Positions 41,749 to 55,553 of a stretch of DNA of 64,000 nt are shown here, one piece after another. The position numbers and the translations under genes were made by a program. Every line of letters begins with the position of its first letter. The stretch's first letter is position 1. The notes beneath the pieces were generated by a model that did not search any database, was not told where the DNA came from, and saw only the letters and a program-made list of their open reading frames with translations. This stretch comes from Basidiobolus meristosporus CBS 931.73. Lineage: Eukaryota > Fungi > Basidiobolomycota. The DNA lies in assembly GCA_002104905.1 (NCBI GenBank), contig MCFE01000152.1, positions 89,079-153,078 on the forward strand, in the 5' to 3' direction.

Positions 41749-43706
41749 GTGGTGAGGGGTAGATCAAGTGTGAGCACTGAGTTGCAACAGCCGGTGGTCA
41801 CTGCTCTCTTATATATCAGATTCGTGGGTGTAGAACAGATTAAGAGGCGATATAAAATAACCAAGACACCGCTGACAAGTGCCGGTGATTCGTCTTGGCT
41901 GAAAAGCAGTGCATGCCAATCAGTTGTTGGGCGAGCAATGCGTCTGGCCAAGGTCATTAGTGGTGATCTCATTAGCGGTCAGCAATCAACGGAGAGATTA
42001 ATGCGTATTTGTTGGTGAATTGGTATTTTCATGGCGATGGATGACTCCAAACTTGGCCTAGTGTTGACCAAATGTCAATATAAAAAGTATTTTCTGGCAA
42101 CCGGTTGTCTGATAATACTCACCCAGTTGCTGAAGTGTTCAAAAATATCAACTCAATAGAATTAACAAGGTTTGATTCTGGGAGTGCTTATGTAACTCTG
42201 GGTGCCGATTGGCTGATGCAGCCACCATGTCTAAGTCGTCAAAAACCAAAGCCAGCTCACTCGATATGTGAATAAAATGGAGTATTATATGTTGTATTAT
42301 TAAACACTCATGACTGGGATTAGTGGGTCTCCGAGGGGAACGTGATTGGGTGATGGTGTGACAAAAATAACCTATCCATTTGTAACAGCAGAGGCTGCAT
42401 TGGCGTAGTGAATCGCACATCCCTTTTGACCACTAGATAGTCAGCTTGAAACAACCAAACCGAAAATGCCACCGACTTTGGCTCTTCTGTGGCGATTCCA
42501 TGTAATCCATCGCCACGGCATATTCATCTTCGAGTTGACCCTGTAACCAAATTAATGATGCTAGCGCCAATGCGATGATGCTTCTTAAACAAACGTGTAC
42601 ACATGGAGCACTAATCGATATAGCCACATATTACCATGTTGGATATAAGCATGAGGTGGTCGTTATTTAGGATGTTGGGGAGGAATTTTCGTGTTAGCCG
42701 CTTACAAAAAAGGGATACGTTCGAATCAGGAACTTTCATGGGAACCGCTTAAGGATCAGTTACCAAAAACGATTGAGTGGACTCTGAGGAGTAACTATTA
42801 TGGGACACCAAGGCGGAGTTCTTTATGGTTCTGGAAAGATAGCTAATAAGCGTTGCCTTCGTCACCCTTTGCCAAAATCGATTGAGGAGAATTGTTCTCA
42901 TTTCGATCCACTTGTCCAGCTGTGTTCCGCTGTTACTAAATACACTCGATACCACCCTGTACGTTATTCCACGAGTTCAAAAGGCCATATGGGGTTCTTA
43001 TATGGTTTCTATTTGAAAATATATGCCACGAATCCACCCTCCACTAAGGATATGGTGGGGATACTGGCTGAGGAATGGCAACACTCGGAAAATGACAACC
43101 GCGAAGATATCGTGATTCATTTTGACATCGATGCACCAATTCCAGGATTGGTAACTGAGATGTGTTCGATTTGAGAAGTAAACCATCGGTGTTGTACAGC
43201 TATGTTTTGTTGCCAGAATAGGATCTATGAATTTCGCAAGAGCAAGAACGCTTCTCACGCAAATCTCTACGATAAAGAGGTTGAAGGCAACGTCAGCTAT
43301 GTTAAACATGCTAATTCGAAGCTTCAGCTCAGAGCGCCATATGGCGCCATGAGAGCCCTAACCAGACTTCCGGTTCGTGATGTTCCGCATTTGCCCTGTC
43401 CCTTATATTGCTTGTGAGGATTCGAGAGAAGCTTTGCAGTTATTTCAGCAGCCTATTTCAGTCGCGCCTCTGAGAAAGCGACCACCATGATCATATAGAT
43501 AGTACAATGGGTAGATGTAATAGGGGATGTCCAATTTATTGGCACGGTCGCATTCTGCTGTCCCGTACCTCCACGAAACATTGAAGGTAGTTAGGAGAAT
43601 TCAAGAGTAAAATTGAGAGTTTGAAAGCTTCGAATTCTCTTACGAAACTCAAAGCTATCTCTAGTTGAATGAAAAATCATTAGCTCCCGGGCGTACAAGG
43701 TGCAGC

Positions 43707-45609
43707 TCAGTTTGCCAACTCCAGGATTAAGTTTTTGTAGAACTTGATGGCAAAGAGATACTCCTTGACGGGAATGAATTCATCGTGATCATGAAGTAGG
43801 CCTGGTGTGTTGAGGAACGGTGAGATCCCAAGCGCAGGAACGCCGGATTGTCTTACGTATCTATTTCGTAGAAATCGTTCAGCAGTCTTAGCAAAGCAAA
43901 GGTATTTGGCCGAGCAGTTACCGTGCGTCTATGGAATAACAATTAGTTGGATGGTGTAAACGCCAGGAAACCTAGTATTGATTTACCTGTAGTCCCTGGC
44001 ATGATATCTGGAACATAGTCATAGTTGCTAAGTGGAGACATGAGATACGTGGAATAAATGAAAGTGCCAAGCAAGTCGTCCTACTGTTTCTTGAAAGCAG
44101 ATTGGAGCTTTTGCCACCAGCTAGGGTTTGAATCGATTGGTGTAACGATGGGTTTGGGGAAAAAGGTGATGAATTCCATCTTGGCACTACGTTTAAATGT
44201 GAATGAGGGTTGAAGAGAAGCTTCATAAAGTGAGAGATTACTTGTTTTCTTTGGCGGTTTGTTTCAACATAGCCATGACTTCGTCTGGGTCATCATTTGG
44301 TGAAACTCGGATGTCGAACACTAGGATGATGGTGGGGTTTTCGTTAGGTGGATTCAATGGCAAATCATACAGCACCATTACCTGCTTCAACATTCCCAGG
44401 AACGACGTTAGGTTGAACGCCACTCTAGCGGTGCTCGCATTTAGGTAAAAATGTCTTGAAACGAGCATTATGTTCAATTTACCTTGAGCATAGTCAAGTT
44501 TACGGTGGAGACCTGCCCCAGTGTTAATTTTCCATTACTTGCCTCAAGCTTTTGCTTTTGCTCTGCACGGAATTTAAGCAGGGTGTTTGTACTATTCAAC
44601 TACGAAAGGTCCATTAGTTGATGAGCCTGATGGTTACCGATAAGCAAACTCACTAGCCCCTCCACTGCAGTATTCTCTACGAATTTCAATCCGTGCCCAG
44701 TGTTTCCTTCGAAGGTAAATCTGACCCACCTGATAAATCGTATTATTCGGGAAGCATCATGTAGAAGAAAGAAGCACTGCTACATACCATGGTGCTCTCT
44801 CTCCATGGAATACTCTCAGAGTCCCATCTGGGTTAGGTAAGCCCTCATCCAAGAAGAGGCCAATATTCAGATCACGATACTCCTGCGTCTTGGAAAATTG
44901 TTCCCATCCTTTGGCACCACCTACTTCCTCATCTGGAATAGGGCTTTCTTTTAATATCAAAAAAGCGGGGTATCTCTATCAACATTCAAAACCTACCAGG
45001 CGCAAAGATCACGTGAATGGTATTCCGGAGTTGAATAGACTCCGACAGCAACTCACGTATGGCTTCCAGGTGACTATCGGAACTGTGTGTTAAACCTTTT
45101 TGCCTCAATAACACACACCATGAACTCTCACATACGCGATTCCTATCGATTTCATATCTTGAGCGCCACGGGCATATATGATTTCCCCGTGTGTTTCATC
45201 TTCGACAAGGTCAGCAGCGAACGGATCGTGAGTCCAATTTTCCTTAATGGGTAGACTATGTTTAGTCTTGATAAGAAAAGAGTGGCTGGTGGTCTCTAGA
45301 GCAGACATACTCTATACACAGGCACCACATCCATGTGCGAGTTCAAGGCCAGACTTGGCTCTTCTGGGTGGGTTCCAGGCAAAGTAACGATTACTAGAGG
45401 GTTTTTTGGTGCAACCTAGAGAAAACTCAAGTCAGGCAAGTGGGTAATGAGCTTCTAAAAATAATACTTACTTCTACAATTTTATGTTGTAATTTCAAGT
45501 CTTTTGCTAGGCTAACCACATACTCAACTGAGGAGGTATAGTCAGGGTTGGGATGAATAGCATAGACTCGCAAATATTCCTGCAAGCGTTGCACTTGTGG
45601 TAAAGTCAT
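43707..45609 (-). CDS. ACY1: Aminoacylase-1 (M20 peptidase family), multi-exon
   Basis: EYLR..HPNPDY; LNSHMDVVPV; IYARGAQDMKSIG; PDEEVGG..LDEGL; FHGERAPW; LLHDHDEF. Confidence 0.88.
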
Positions 45610-47044
45610 TTTTCAATATCTCTGGGAGAAGATAGGGTATAGGTGGCGGAGACCAGAGTGGAATGCGCAGCTTATATGTTTGGTGACTGGTAGAATTCAC
45701 TACTTTCGATTGCGTAGGGTGTACAAATGGTGACAGAAATGGTTGTATAATATGCCACACCAATAGCATAATTTCTACTGGATTGACGATCCCAGGAAAT
45801 GGCGTAATTTTTCCCCAATATTATTCATGGCATAAACATCTAATAGCTGGGCACAAATACTACATCTCCACATTTCAGGCAATTTGTCAGAACATTGTAT
45901 ACAATCGACTCGTGGGAAACCCCAGTAGGACGACTGTGCACGGGTACATCGTCATGGCATGGAGTACAGCAGTCAGAGCATATGAGTGAGAAGGTTTACT
46001 AACATCATTCTATTGCTCTCTTATCCTTCAAGTTCAGGTCAAAGACGGCGGATTAACCTGTTTACGGCGGGAATGTAAAAAGACAAAAGATGCTCAACAT
46101 GTATTTCCTTATGTTGATTTGCGTAACGTACAATCCTCAGCCATCCAAAAGCCTGTACATCTAACCCCAATCTTCTTCGGGAAGCCAATAACAACCAGGA
46201 TGTCAAAATCCCATCAGAAGCATCCTTCCTTCACTTATTATCCATCACAAACGCCGGTTGATGAAACAAGGACTAACCATTCAGAGCGTTCAATCTAAGC
46301 GGCGGTCCTGACAGTTGGGCTGAAAACCTCATATTTACACGAGCACCTTTCGTCAAGTCATTGACTAAATCCAATACGTTGAGTCCTTGTTTGGCATGAA
46401 CTTGAAGTAAAGGATTCACGCTTTGAACCGTATTTCCTCATTGATCAAACTACAAAGCAAGTTTTGTTCAGAAGATATGTTGAAGTAGATGCTAGAAATT
46501 GTTGTGTCGCGAAAACTATTCCAAATAGTTAAATAAAATAACGACATATGACAAGTTCTGACTCTTTATAATCGTGTCCTATATCAGTTATGTACAATGG
46601 TTTGATGTATGTATGGGACTGTAGTTATTTTTATGTCAGTATCTGCTACAATACTTATTCTGCTGATTGTGTTAGATAATCTTGACAATCAAATCAGTAC
46701 TGTCGAGCTGTGATGAAGTTCTGGAATACTTGAAATGGATTTTCATAACTCTTACATTCACTGTTGTCCTTGGCGACACCAAATTCGAATTCGTTTCAAA
46801 ACTATTGATTACTTATCTTACTCGAGTGATCAAACACACGCTAACTTTCGGTGCTATTTATGATGCGGGCTATCTAACTATGTAACAATTCTAGAAGGAA
46901 ACCCAAAAGGCTTTACATGAGTGAATGTGTTCAATAGTCAACACGAATGTAGTTAGACTGACCTACTACAGTTTGCTGGTGCAGAAGATACATTACTCAA
47001 AAGCTTCCATTCATTTAACTATTGGCTCTTGAATCTTTTGTAAA

Positions 47045-47135
47045 TTTTGCAATTACACCTAAATATCTCATCAACTTAGTCACTTGGATCATAGTCTACA
47101 AATCTTAGGATATCTTGCCTACATCCCTTGTTGGG
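47045..47135 (+). repeat. Partial copy of the AT-rich repeat (start region)
   Basis: AATTACACCTAAATATCTCATCAACTTAGTCACTTGGATCAT. Confidence 0.7.
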
Positions 47136-47347
47136 TATTACTTATTTATTGAGGCATCCAGCATTTTGGGCTTACACTATTCCCGCAAAGTATATACACA
47201 TTGCTTGACCTCTATTTATTCACAAGTGGTCTTCATGCAATAAATCTAGTTCTCCTAATCATTGACAGTCCTCCCTGGTGCTTTGCCAATACCTTGCATT
47301 TCCACTCCAAGTAGCTAGAGAAAGCTAGCTTTTGTTATAAAAACTTG

Positions 47348-47682
47348 TAATTATACCTAAATATTCACCTAACTTAGTCACTTAGATCATTACATACAAA
47401 TATCGGAGAATACTGACCAAGTTCCTTGTCAGGATTTACTTGAAATATTTTGACCAAAACAGCAGGTACCCAGAGCATGAAAATTAGTTAAGTTGTCCAA
47501 GCTGCCCCATGCTTTTCACACATGTTCTTGGGGCCTTATTAAAATATTTACGGAATGTAAAAGTAGTATTTATACTTTTACATGGTCTTGGCAAAACAGA
47601 CCTGTGTAATATGTCTAAGTGAGAACCACATAATCCACTTGTTCTCCCAATTGCTTCACTATCTCCATAACTCTTACAACAG
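47348..47682 (+). repeat. Copy of the dispersed AT-rich repeat
   Basis: TATACCTAAATATTCACCTAACTTAGTCACTTAGATCATTAC..; retains the TGTAAAAGTA..TACTTTTACA hairpin. Confidence 0.85.
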
Positions 47683-48261
47683 CTTTTACTTTAATATGCA
47701 CACACAAGCTATCATATTGTACCAGCAGTAGAGTCTATAATGTTGTAAATATTTAGTTGATACCTGCACCATTCATATTACATAAATTTTACTTGATTTT
47801 TTGCCAAGCCATGAGTTATTTGCCCAAAATTTGGTTTGTAAGATATTAGCTACTTGATAGATATAGCAAAGGTCTGGAAGTTATTGCTATTTACAAACTT
47901 GCTTAAGAACCTCAAGACTTTGCACACACTTCCTGGGACCTTCTTTGATACAGTCTTATCATTGGCAATACAAATTTTCCACAAAAGTATAATTACTTAC
48001 TTGGCACTCAATGGAGCTGCAAATGAATATCATGCAACTCTTGTAGCTCTCCAAATTACTTCCAAAACTCCCCAAAATTTTGCAGTATATAATGGTTAGC
48101 ATAATATGCATTATAGAGGAATATTATCAAAACCAGCAGAGTGCCAAAAGAAGCCAAGTTTTCCTAGTGTTATTGCTCTTGTTAATGAAAGCTGTAGCCT
48201 AGGTTAAGTGGAGGTAAGTAATACAAAGTGTTGTGCTAAGAAATTCTCATATCAATTTGTA

Positions 48262-48322
48262 AGTAAAGATCTAAGTTACTAAGTCAGGTCAATATTTAGG
48301 TGGAATTACAAATTTTACAACA
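48262..48322 (-). repeat. Short inverted copy of the repeat terminus
   Basis: GATCTAAGTTACTAAGTCAGGTCAATATTTAGGTGGAATTACAAA matches 5198-5245. Confidence 0.7.
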
Positions 48323-49935
48323 CAGAATATCATATTAAGTTTGAGCTTTATACCCCTTATAGGGTTTCTTGGACTTCTCTTAGTCTACTCATGATATAAG
48401 AAGTTTATTGATTGCTGATATTTCCACTGTCACTGTGAGTTAGAATTCTCTACTAATTAGTGAGTGCTAATCATGTTTAATTCAAGCTTTATAGACAATT
48501 ATTCCAAAATAATGCAAGTACTGTATGGAGATGCATACAACTTGATACCTAACTAGTAATTTGCTGAGCACTTGTTATTAACCTCAAACAATCTTTGTAT
48601 GTAAGCACATCTGAGGTCAATATAAAAGCAAGAGAATATCAGACTAGTCCTCCAGCTCTCATATCACATCCAGCACTGTACAAACTCCTCCAACAATGAA
48701 AAGCTCAGAATATATATGATATATCTTCAGCCTTCAACGTGAAACCAAACAAAACTAATTTAACATTACAATAGATATAATTAGGCACCATACAGGTAAT
48801 TTGCTACAGCTTATACTCCTCAAGAATCCTCTGACATATCATCTTCATTAGCAAAATCAAACTATCTATCATATCTGTTATACCAGAGCTTCAGTGTCCA
48901 GATTTTTGATTTGCTAGTAAACTTGAATACCAACTTCATTAAAATTTGAAATGATAATGGTGTAAGGGTTCCAAGTGATGAAATAATATCAACTATGGTG
49001 TGAGCAGTACTAATATGGCATTGCACATGAAGAGAATAGTACATGTTCTTGAAGCTTGATCCTTCAATACCATAACTGTGCATGCATTCTGCTTTCCAGA
49101 ACCTTTTGAAACAGCTCTAGAATATTTTGAATGATGTAAGCGCTGTGCTAATGTATAATTGGCAACAGACTACTAATTTGCCATATATACTAGCCCATTT
49201 AATTCGCATGTGATATGCTGGGCTTAGTTGCCAAAATTGGGGTCCCATTCTATATAAACACAAACTGTTCATTATTGCTAAAAATGAACAGAGTAAATTT
49301 TAAAGAACACTATGTTAAGTGGCTTTTGTCGCAACAAAGCGAAAAATGAACCACTATTTTCGGGGCGTCCCGATAGGTTGACGCAAAAGAACTCGGTTTG
49401 CGGCTCAAGTATTGTAATTTGCATCTTCAAGGCGGATATCCTATTGCATGCTCTCGACAAACTGGACGATTCAAAGAATACGTTAGCGATTATGTAATGC
49501 ATATCTCCCGCTCAGACAGAAATGTTGTCGAAGTAGATAAACCTACGGGCTAGACCTTGGTTCAAGCACTATCAATGGAACCATTTGACCCAGAGCTGAC
49601 TTGAGCCATTATTTATGGCTACGCTGTATATTTAGTATATTTCCACCTAAATATAGACTATTTGACCTCCGTCAATTGGGAAGCCTTTAATATACTGCGG
49701 AGATAGAGCTGCGTTCTTCATTGGTTTAGTATGCTACTACGCTCTGGGGCTTCTACGAATCAACTGGAGATCCCATTTTAGATCTATATCATCAGGTGAA
49801 TCCAATCAGGTCCATGTTGGGAATTTTGGACGATTTGAAAGCCCGAGGGCTCCCCTTAAAAGTCCTTCTTTCCTTGATGATTCAAGAATTTTGCTAGAGT
49901 AGAAACAAGTTACCAGTTAGAAAGTCACTTTTACA

Positions 49936-51968
49936 ATGAATTCGTTCAAATTCTCGGATTCGGGAATATTAGCTTTGCTATCTTGTGAGGAGTGCCGTCG
50001 ACGCAAACGGAAATGTAGCAGAGATAAGCCTGTCTGTGCACTGTGTCTCAAGAATAATACAAACTGCTTGTACAGATGCCCACGAAAAGTATGTGAGGCT
50101 ATCTTCCTTTAAAATCACTGTTTCTTGTCAACTAATCTTTAGCTCCTGTTACAGCGTGGCCCACCCAAAGGTTATATGCTAGGGAAGCGTTCTACCAGCT
50201 ATATCTCTAGTCAACAGCCTGCACAGGAGAAAACGTCCCTGGTAAAAGCTTCTTCGAGCCCTAAGGCTTTTTCTAGAGAGCCATCACTACCATTGTACTC
50301 TCTCTCGAATCCTGCTTTCGCACTTCCTAGGATTCCAATGGCGCTACAAACAGAACTGTTACGCACGTTTTTGAAACATTTTGGAGGAGCAGCGCCAATA
50401 TTTCATCACAAGTATCTTTACTACCGATTGAATACCGGAGCTCTCCCCGATTTCCTGCTCCAAACCATATTTGCCATTGGAAGTAGATTCTTCTTGAAGC
50501 GACAGCATTTAGAAACCAATCCAAATATTCCTGATGAATGGGTAAAGCTGGTACTGGACTCCGACTTCACGGAAAGTGCAGTTCAATTAGCACAGCAACA
50601 GATTTTTGTGGAGCCCAATATATATAACGCTATCGCCTTCAACCTGTTAATGCTAGTGCTGTTCTACGATAACCGAGAATCCGCTTCTTCTACATGCTTT
50701 GGTAAGCATTTACACCGGACTTATAAGCATAGCAAATACTAATCAAGGCACCTCACTATGTTTTAGTGCTCGCTGCGAAGTAAGAGCAATGACTTCAAGT
50801 AACTGAGTAACAACGACTAATATTTTGCTTCTCTACTAGAATTATACAGGAGTCTGGACTAGCGCTACAAGATGTAAACCGTGATATCCTTGGCTGTAGC
50901 CCAATTGAAGGGATTGAGAAAGAAGAGCGGCGCCGGTTTTTCTGGTGGTCGGTAATATTAGATCGCTGGGGAGATGACAGAGTGATGACCAGTGAAGAGC
51001 AGACAGCATGCATACTACCACCGGGAGATGAGCAGAAGTGGCAGCAACTTTCGTTCCTACTACCGGGCACGCAATATCGACTTTCCTTCGAGGATAGAAA
51101 GCTGTGGTCGTTCATGATCGAAATCGAATTTATTGTTAGTGATATCTCCAGCCTTGTAACAACAATCCTAGACCGCAACAAGCTGCCCACTGTTTTTGCA
51201 ACGTTACCTGTCACACACCAAAGATCGGACTTACCTTTGAAGCTTGAGGAACTGCTTGGTGCTCTTCATTCATGGGCCAACCGCCTGCCGTTGGAATACC
51301 AACACAATTCCTTTGCCGAGAATGTAGAGGGCGCCCACACGGATATTCGAAAATGGATGCGTATCAGCTACCTGATTGGCAGGCTGCTAATCAGTCAGAT
51401 ACAAGCAACTCTGCACTGGAACGACGAGGATATGAGCATAGTTCGAGAATGCCTTGCAATCGGTAGAGTCCATTATTCATCATCCATTAGACCATCATAG
51501 TGGATCAATAACCTTCCATTCCATACATATGTAGCCGCGGAGTTTGTTTTGATTGTCCAGTATTTGCCGGAGGAGGAGCTGATAGATGATCCATCGACCT
51601 TTTCTTACGCTATCCTTTCATGCCGAGTACTGCACACAATCGTCGAGTATGTTTATCACTGTGGCACAAGTACCTCTATGGCATATCTTTCCAATCCGGG
51701 ATGTGTGGGAAGATTGGAATTGGCAGTACAGGCTAAGCAGTACATCGATTGCATCCATGGGCTTCTGACAAAATACGTGACGATATGGAAATTCTCCAAC
51801 AGTGATCTTTCGCAGCTGGCGGAAATCAAAGCCACCGCAGAACATATGTGTTCTAGACTGGAGATGGAGAGCAGGGGCAATTGCTCAATGCCACTTAAGG
51901 AAGAGCCCAACATCTACATCCAGGAAGACACGAAGCTCTGTACTCTCCCCGACTGGAGTAGCATCTAA
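49936..51968 (+). CDS. Zn(II)2Cys6 transcription factor with a fungal TF middle-homology region, multi-exon
   Basis: SCEECRRRKRKCSRDKPVCALCLKNNTNCLY; exon junction to RGPPKG; EKERRRFFWWSVILDRW. Confidence 0.9.
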
Positions 51969-52834
51969 TAAGGAAATGGGGCTATAGGTGACACACACGA
52001 AGCCAGGTAACCGACGTAACTCCTTAAGACCCTTTTCTGTTCTCGCCATTCACGAAGATCGCCATGATTTTCTGTCTTGAAGGGCTGATTAGCTCAAAAT
52101 GAGGCGCCACTTCTATGAGATGGCTCAATACCAAGTCGGAAAGAATGTAGCTGGAACAATCCCAATCTGGATGAGTATTCTTTTGGGCCCTTAAGCTTTT
52201 GCATTTTTGTTTGATTTATATATATTCTCATGTATATTTTCGGGCGAGCTTCCGTGAACCCCATACCATCTCATGACAGCTCCGCCAACCGTAAGATATT
52301 GTCCTGGTATCATTATTCCAGATCTACCATAATGAATTTTCGGCCCGCTTTCCGTATTGACATTAATATTCAGACACTTCACGCTTCCAAGGACTCCAGT
52401 ACGCAAGCCAACAATAATCAATGGTGATGATGACTCAAGTAACCATTTATAGAAACACTGGAACAGTTACCATTTAGGTATCAGAGCTGCACAATGGTGT
52501 TAGCGAATGCAGATAAGTAGCTATAAATAAATTTTCTGTGCCCCACAATTTCCCTTGCTAAGAGAAATTAAAGCAATTAAGGTTGGTTCAATATGAGCCT
52601 GATTCATTTTGCGAATAATATCTGCTTTGGGCATTGTAGAACTGAGAGGATTAACTTTTGATTCCACTTCATAATGCAAATGATGAAAAAATAAAGCAAA
52701 TAGTGCTACAGTGGCTAGTCCTTGAATGATTGTACTATGCTTCTATTGTATGCTGACATGATTTGCCTTCTCAAATATTTGCAATGGAAGAATTCCTTAC
52801 AATTAGTCATTTCTCATGATATTGTGCCTATATT

Positions 52835-53149
52835 CTGTTGTAAGAGTCTTGGAGATATTGGAAGTGATTGGTGGAACAAGTAGATTATGTGGTTTTCACT
52901 TTATGATTAATTGAATGTAAAAGTAGTATTTATACTCTTAACTGGTCTTGGCATTACAGACATGTAGAATAGGTTAAGGAAGGTCCCAAGAACATGTGTG
53001 CAGAGTTTGGGGCTGTTTGGACAACTTTGAGAATTTTCATTTGGTGGGTAGCTGGTATTTTGGTGAAAATATTCTAAGTAAATCCCAACAAGGAATTTGG
53101 TCAGTATTCCCTAGGATTTGAAGGTAATGAACTAAGAAACTAAGTTAGG
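52835..53149 (-). repeat. Copy of the AT-rich repeat cut at its TTAGG motif by the retroelement array
   Basis: Matches 5105-5217 up to CTAAGTTAGG, then switches to G10-AGAAAGTCACC. The expected TGAATATTTAGGTGG is absent. Confidence 0.85.
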
Positions 53150-54767
53150 GGGGGGGGAGAAAGTCACCAACAGGTGAAATCTTTATTTCAGTTGAAACAA
53201 AGAAGCCAGTGCTACTGTTGTAGCTTTGATACAAGAGTGTGTAGCTGAGGGGAATTTGTAGGTAAGTTAATAAGAAGTGATGATAGTTCTTCAGTGCTCA
53301 AGACACTGTTCAGTGGGAAGGGGGGTAGCAAGAGAGGTAAGAATGACTTGTGAAGAACATTAATGAGGGGAATGTGATAAGGATTGATATTCATCATAAA
53401 GGGAGTGTGCTGCTGCAGATATTGCTGCCAAAGGTCTGTCAAGTACTTCAGGTAGGCCAGCTTGGGTTTTTCTGACTGCAGAATATGTTGAGCAAACTTC
53501 TTGACTTCAGGATCTCCAAGTATAGTTCTCCAGCAGAGTCAGGTGTAGTGTGGTGTGTTCTTTTCCAGCCCTTAATCAGTGGATTGTTGCAGTTGTGAAG
53601 TCTGAGATATAATCTGGCTCTAAGGTAGAGAAGTCTGATCTTATAGGGCATAAACCCAAAAGCACCAAGAATAGCATGTCTGTAGGGGCATTCAGGCAAA
53701 TGAGGCACCAAGGAGGTAATGCACCATACTGCAAACTTGTCAAGCTTAGTGCAGTCTCTAGAGGTAAGAGAGAGAAGTGGTAAGCCAAATTCCAGGACAG
53801 GGAAGACAAACTGCTTGAGTAGAAGGAGGCAGCTGGGAGCTGAAGTTGTAGGAGGAGTAACAGCCAGTAGCTTGTGGAGTGCCTGTCTTGTCAGGATAAT
53901 TCTCTTCTTCAGGTGTGCTCCAGAGACTAGTCCAGTAGGAAGGAAAGGAAAGCCAAGATAGGTAGCAGAAATCTGAGCAGGTAGAGTGGAGTTCTCCAAG
54001 TTGATGGGAGAGCCCAAAGGTACTGTCTTTGCAATGGAAAGCTGGAGATTATTCTTCTGCAGATACTGGTGGATGGTCTGGGAGTCTTGTTGCACATTGG
54101 AGGAGGATATTCTGATGTCATCAGCAATGAGAGTAACCAGGCAGTCAGCTGAGAGTCTTGGGAAGTCATTCAGGAAGATGGCAAACAGTATAGGACCAAG
54201 CACAGAGCCTTGAATCACTCCATTAGGAACTGAGAACACAGCTGATTGCTCACTTGGGTGCAAAATTCTTGCTTGTGGATCCAGAAACAGAGACCTGACA
54301 AGGAGGGTGAGAGAGGTACTGGAGAAGCATTGCAACTTGGACCAAAGCAGATTTCTGTCAACTGAATCAAAGGCCTTAGTAATATCAAACTGAACAGAGG
54401 GATACTTGCACTGGAGAGAGTGATCTTGGCTAAGTATGACTGCATATTTCAAGGAAAGGCCAGGAACAAAGCCAAATTGTGCAGGGAGAAACTTGAGGGA
54501 GTCAGAATAGAGCTCCTGAGCAAGCAGAAGCTCAAACACCTTTCTGCAGGTGGGCAGCAGAGATATTGACCTGTAGGAGCTAGGATCCAGGTGCTTTCCT
54601 TTACCCTTGTACAGCAGCAGACCATTTGCAAAGGACCAGTCCTCAGGAGTAGAAAGCTGGGCTGAACATTGCTGAAACAGTGGAAGCAGAAGTGCAGACA
54701 TGGCCTTGGTACTAGTCTTCAGAAGCTCATAGGAGATTGTGTCCACACCTGGGGCAGTGGAGCTGGG
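53148..54767 (-). mobile_element. LINE family A, copy A1, 5'-truncated (RT + C-terminus, frameshift at ~53535)
   Basis: SYRSISLLPTCRKVFE, QFGF, FDITKAFDSVDR, GVIQGSVLGPILF, IADDI; near-identical to A2 and A3. Confidence 0.92.
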
Positions 54768-54947
54768 TTAGGGGAGGAAAGTCACCAAGTGGTGAAATCT
54801 TTATTTACTTATGACAAGTATCTAAAGAAGCCAAGTTAATCTGAAGTTATTCCTAGAAAGCTAGGTCTGAGAGATATCCTCCTGGTAAGCCAGGTCTGAG
54901 AGTTGAGAAGCTGAGTGGTACTATACTTCCTAGTTAGCCAGGTCTGA
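54768..54947 (-). mobile_element. SINE-like element C, copy C1, 3'-terminal 180 bp
   Basis: Near-identical to 62642-62822; begins TTAGGGGAGGAAAGTCACC on the + strand. Confidence 0.85.
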
Positions 54948-54954
54948 CAGTGCA

Positions 54955-55553
54955 TTAGGGGAGGGAAAGTCACCAAGTTGGTGAAATCTTTGTTTGAGTT
55001 AAGATCTAATCTAAGTACAAATAAAGAAGCCAATTAAGAGGTCTAGAACCTCTCTAATAAGTAATCTAATTTATGTTTTGTTTCCTCTCTAATGTTTGTT
55101 TCAATAAAGTAAAGCTCATCAGGGATAAATATAAAATTCAAGGGTTTTGGGTGAAGTACAAATTGTAGATGTTTCTGATCAATGTAATCCAAGACTGGAA
55201 CCCAGCCTGGGACTAGGTGTAGTGGGAAAGGTGTGTGAACTTGTAAGTAGCTCTGCCACATAGATTTAAGAAGGTCCTGAGCTAGTAGTCTTGGTTTTTC
55301 AGCTTTTTGAAGTTTTGAAGCAAGCTCTGTTACTACAGCAGAGCCAATCAGGATGAGCCAGCAAGAAGATTTCAGGGAGGAGTTAGATTTAAGCCATTGT
55401 TTGATGGAGGGGTTATGTGATTTCTGAAGTTTGACTAGGAAGGAAGCACGGAGATAGACCATTTGGATTTGGTATGGGTAGAACCCAAAGGCTCCATTAG
55501 TTGCATGGATATAGGTAGATACTGGAAGATAAGGTACCAAGGATCTGATACAC
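54955..55553 (-). mobile_element. LINE family B, copy B1, 3'-terminal 600 bp
   Basis: Near-identical to 58682-59281; encodes the ORF2 C-terminus ending ..LDYLLERF*. Confidence 0.9.

Noticed and set aside
42740-43417. Fragmentary plus-strand ORFs (124 and 71 aa)
   Set aside because: No consistent exon model or recognisable family could be built by eye.
54836-55033. 65-aa ORF spanning the B1/C1 junction
   Set aside because: Chimeric frame across non-coding 3' ends.
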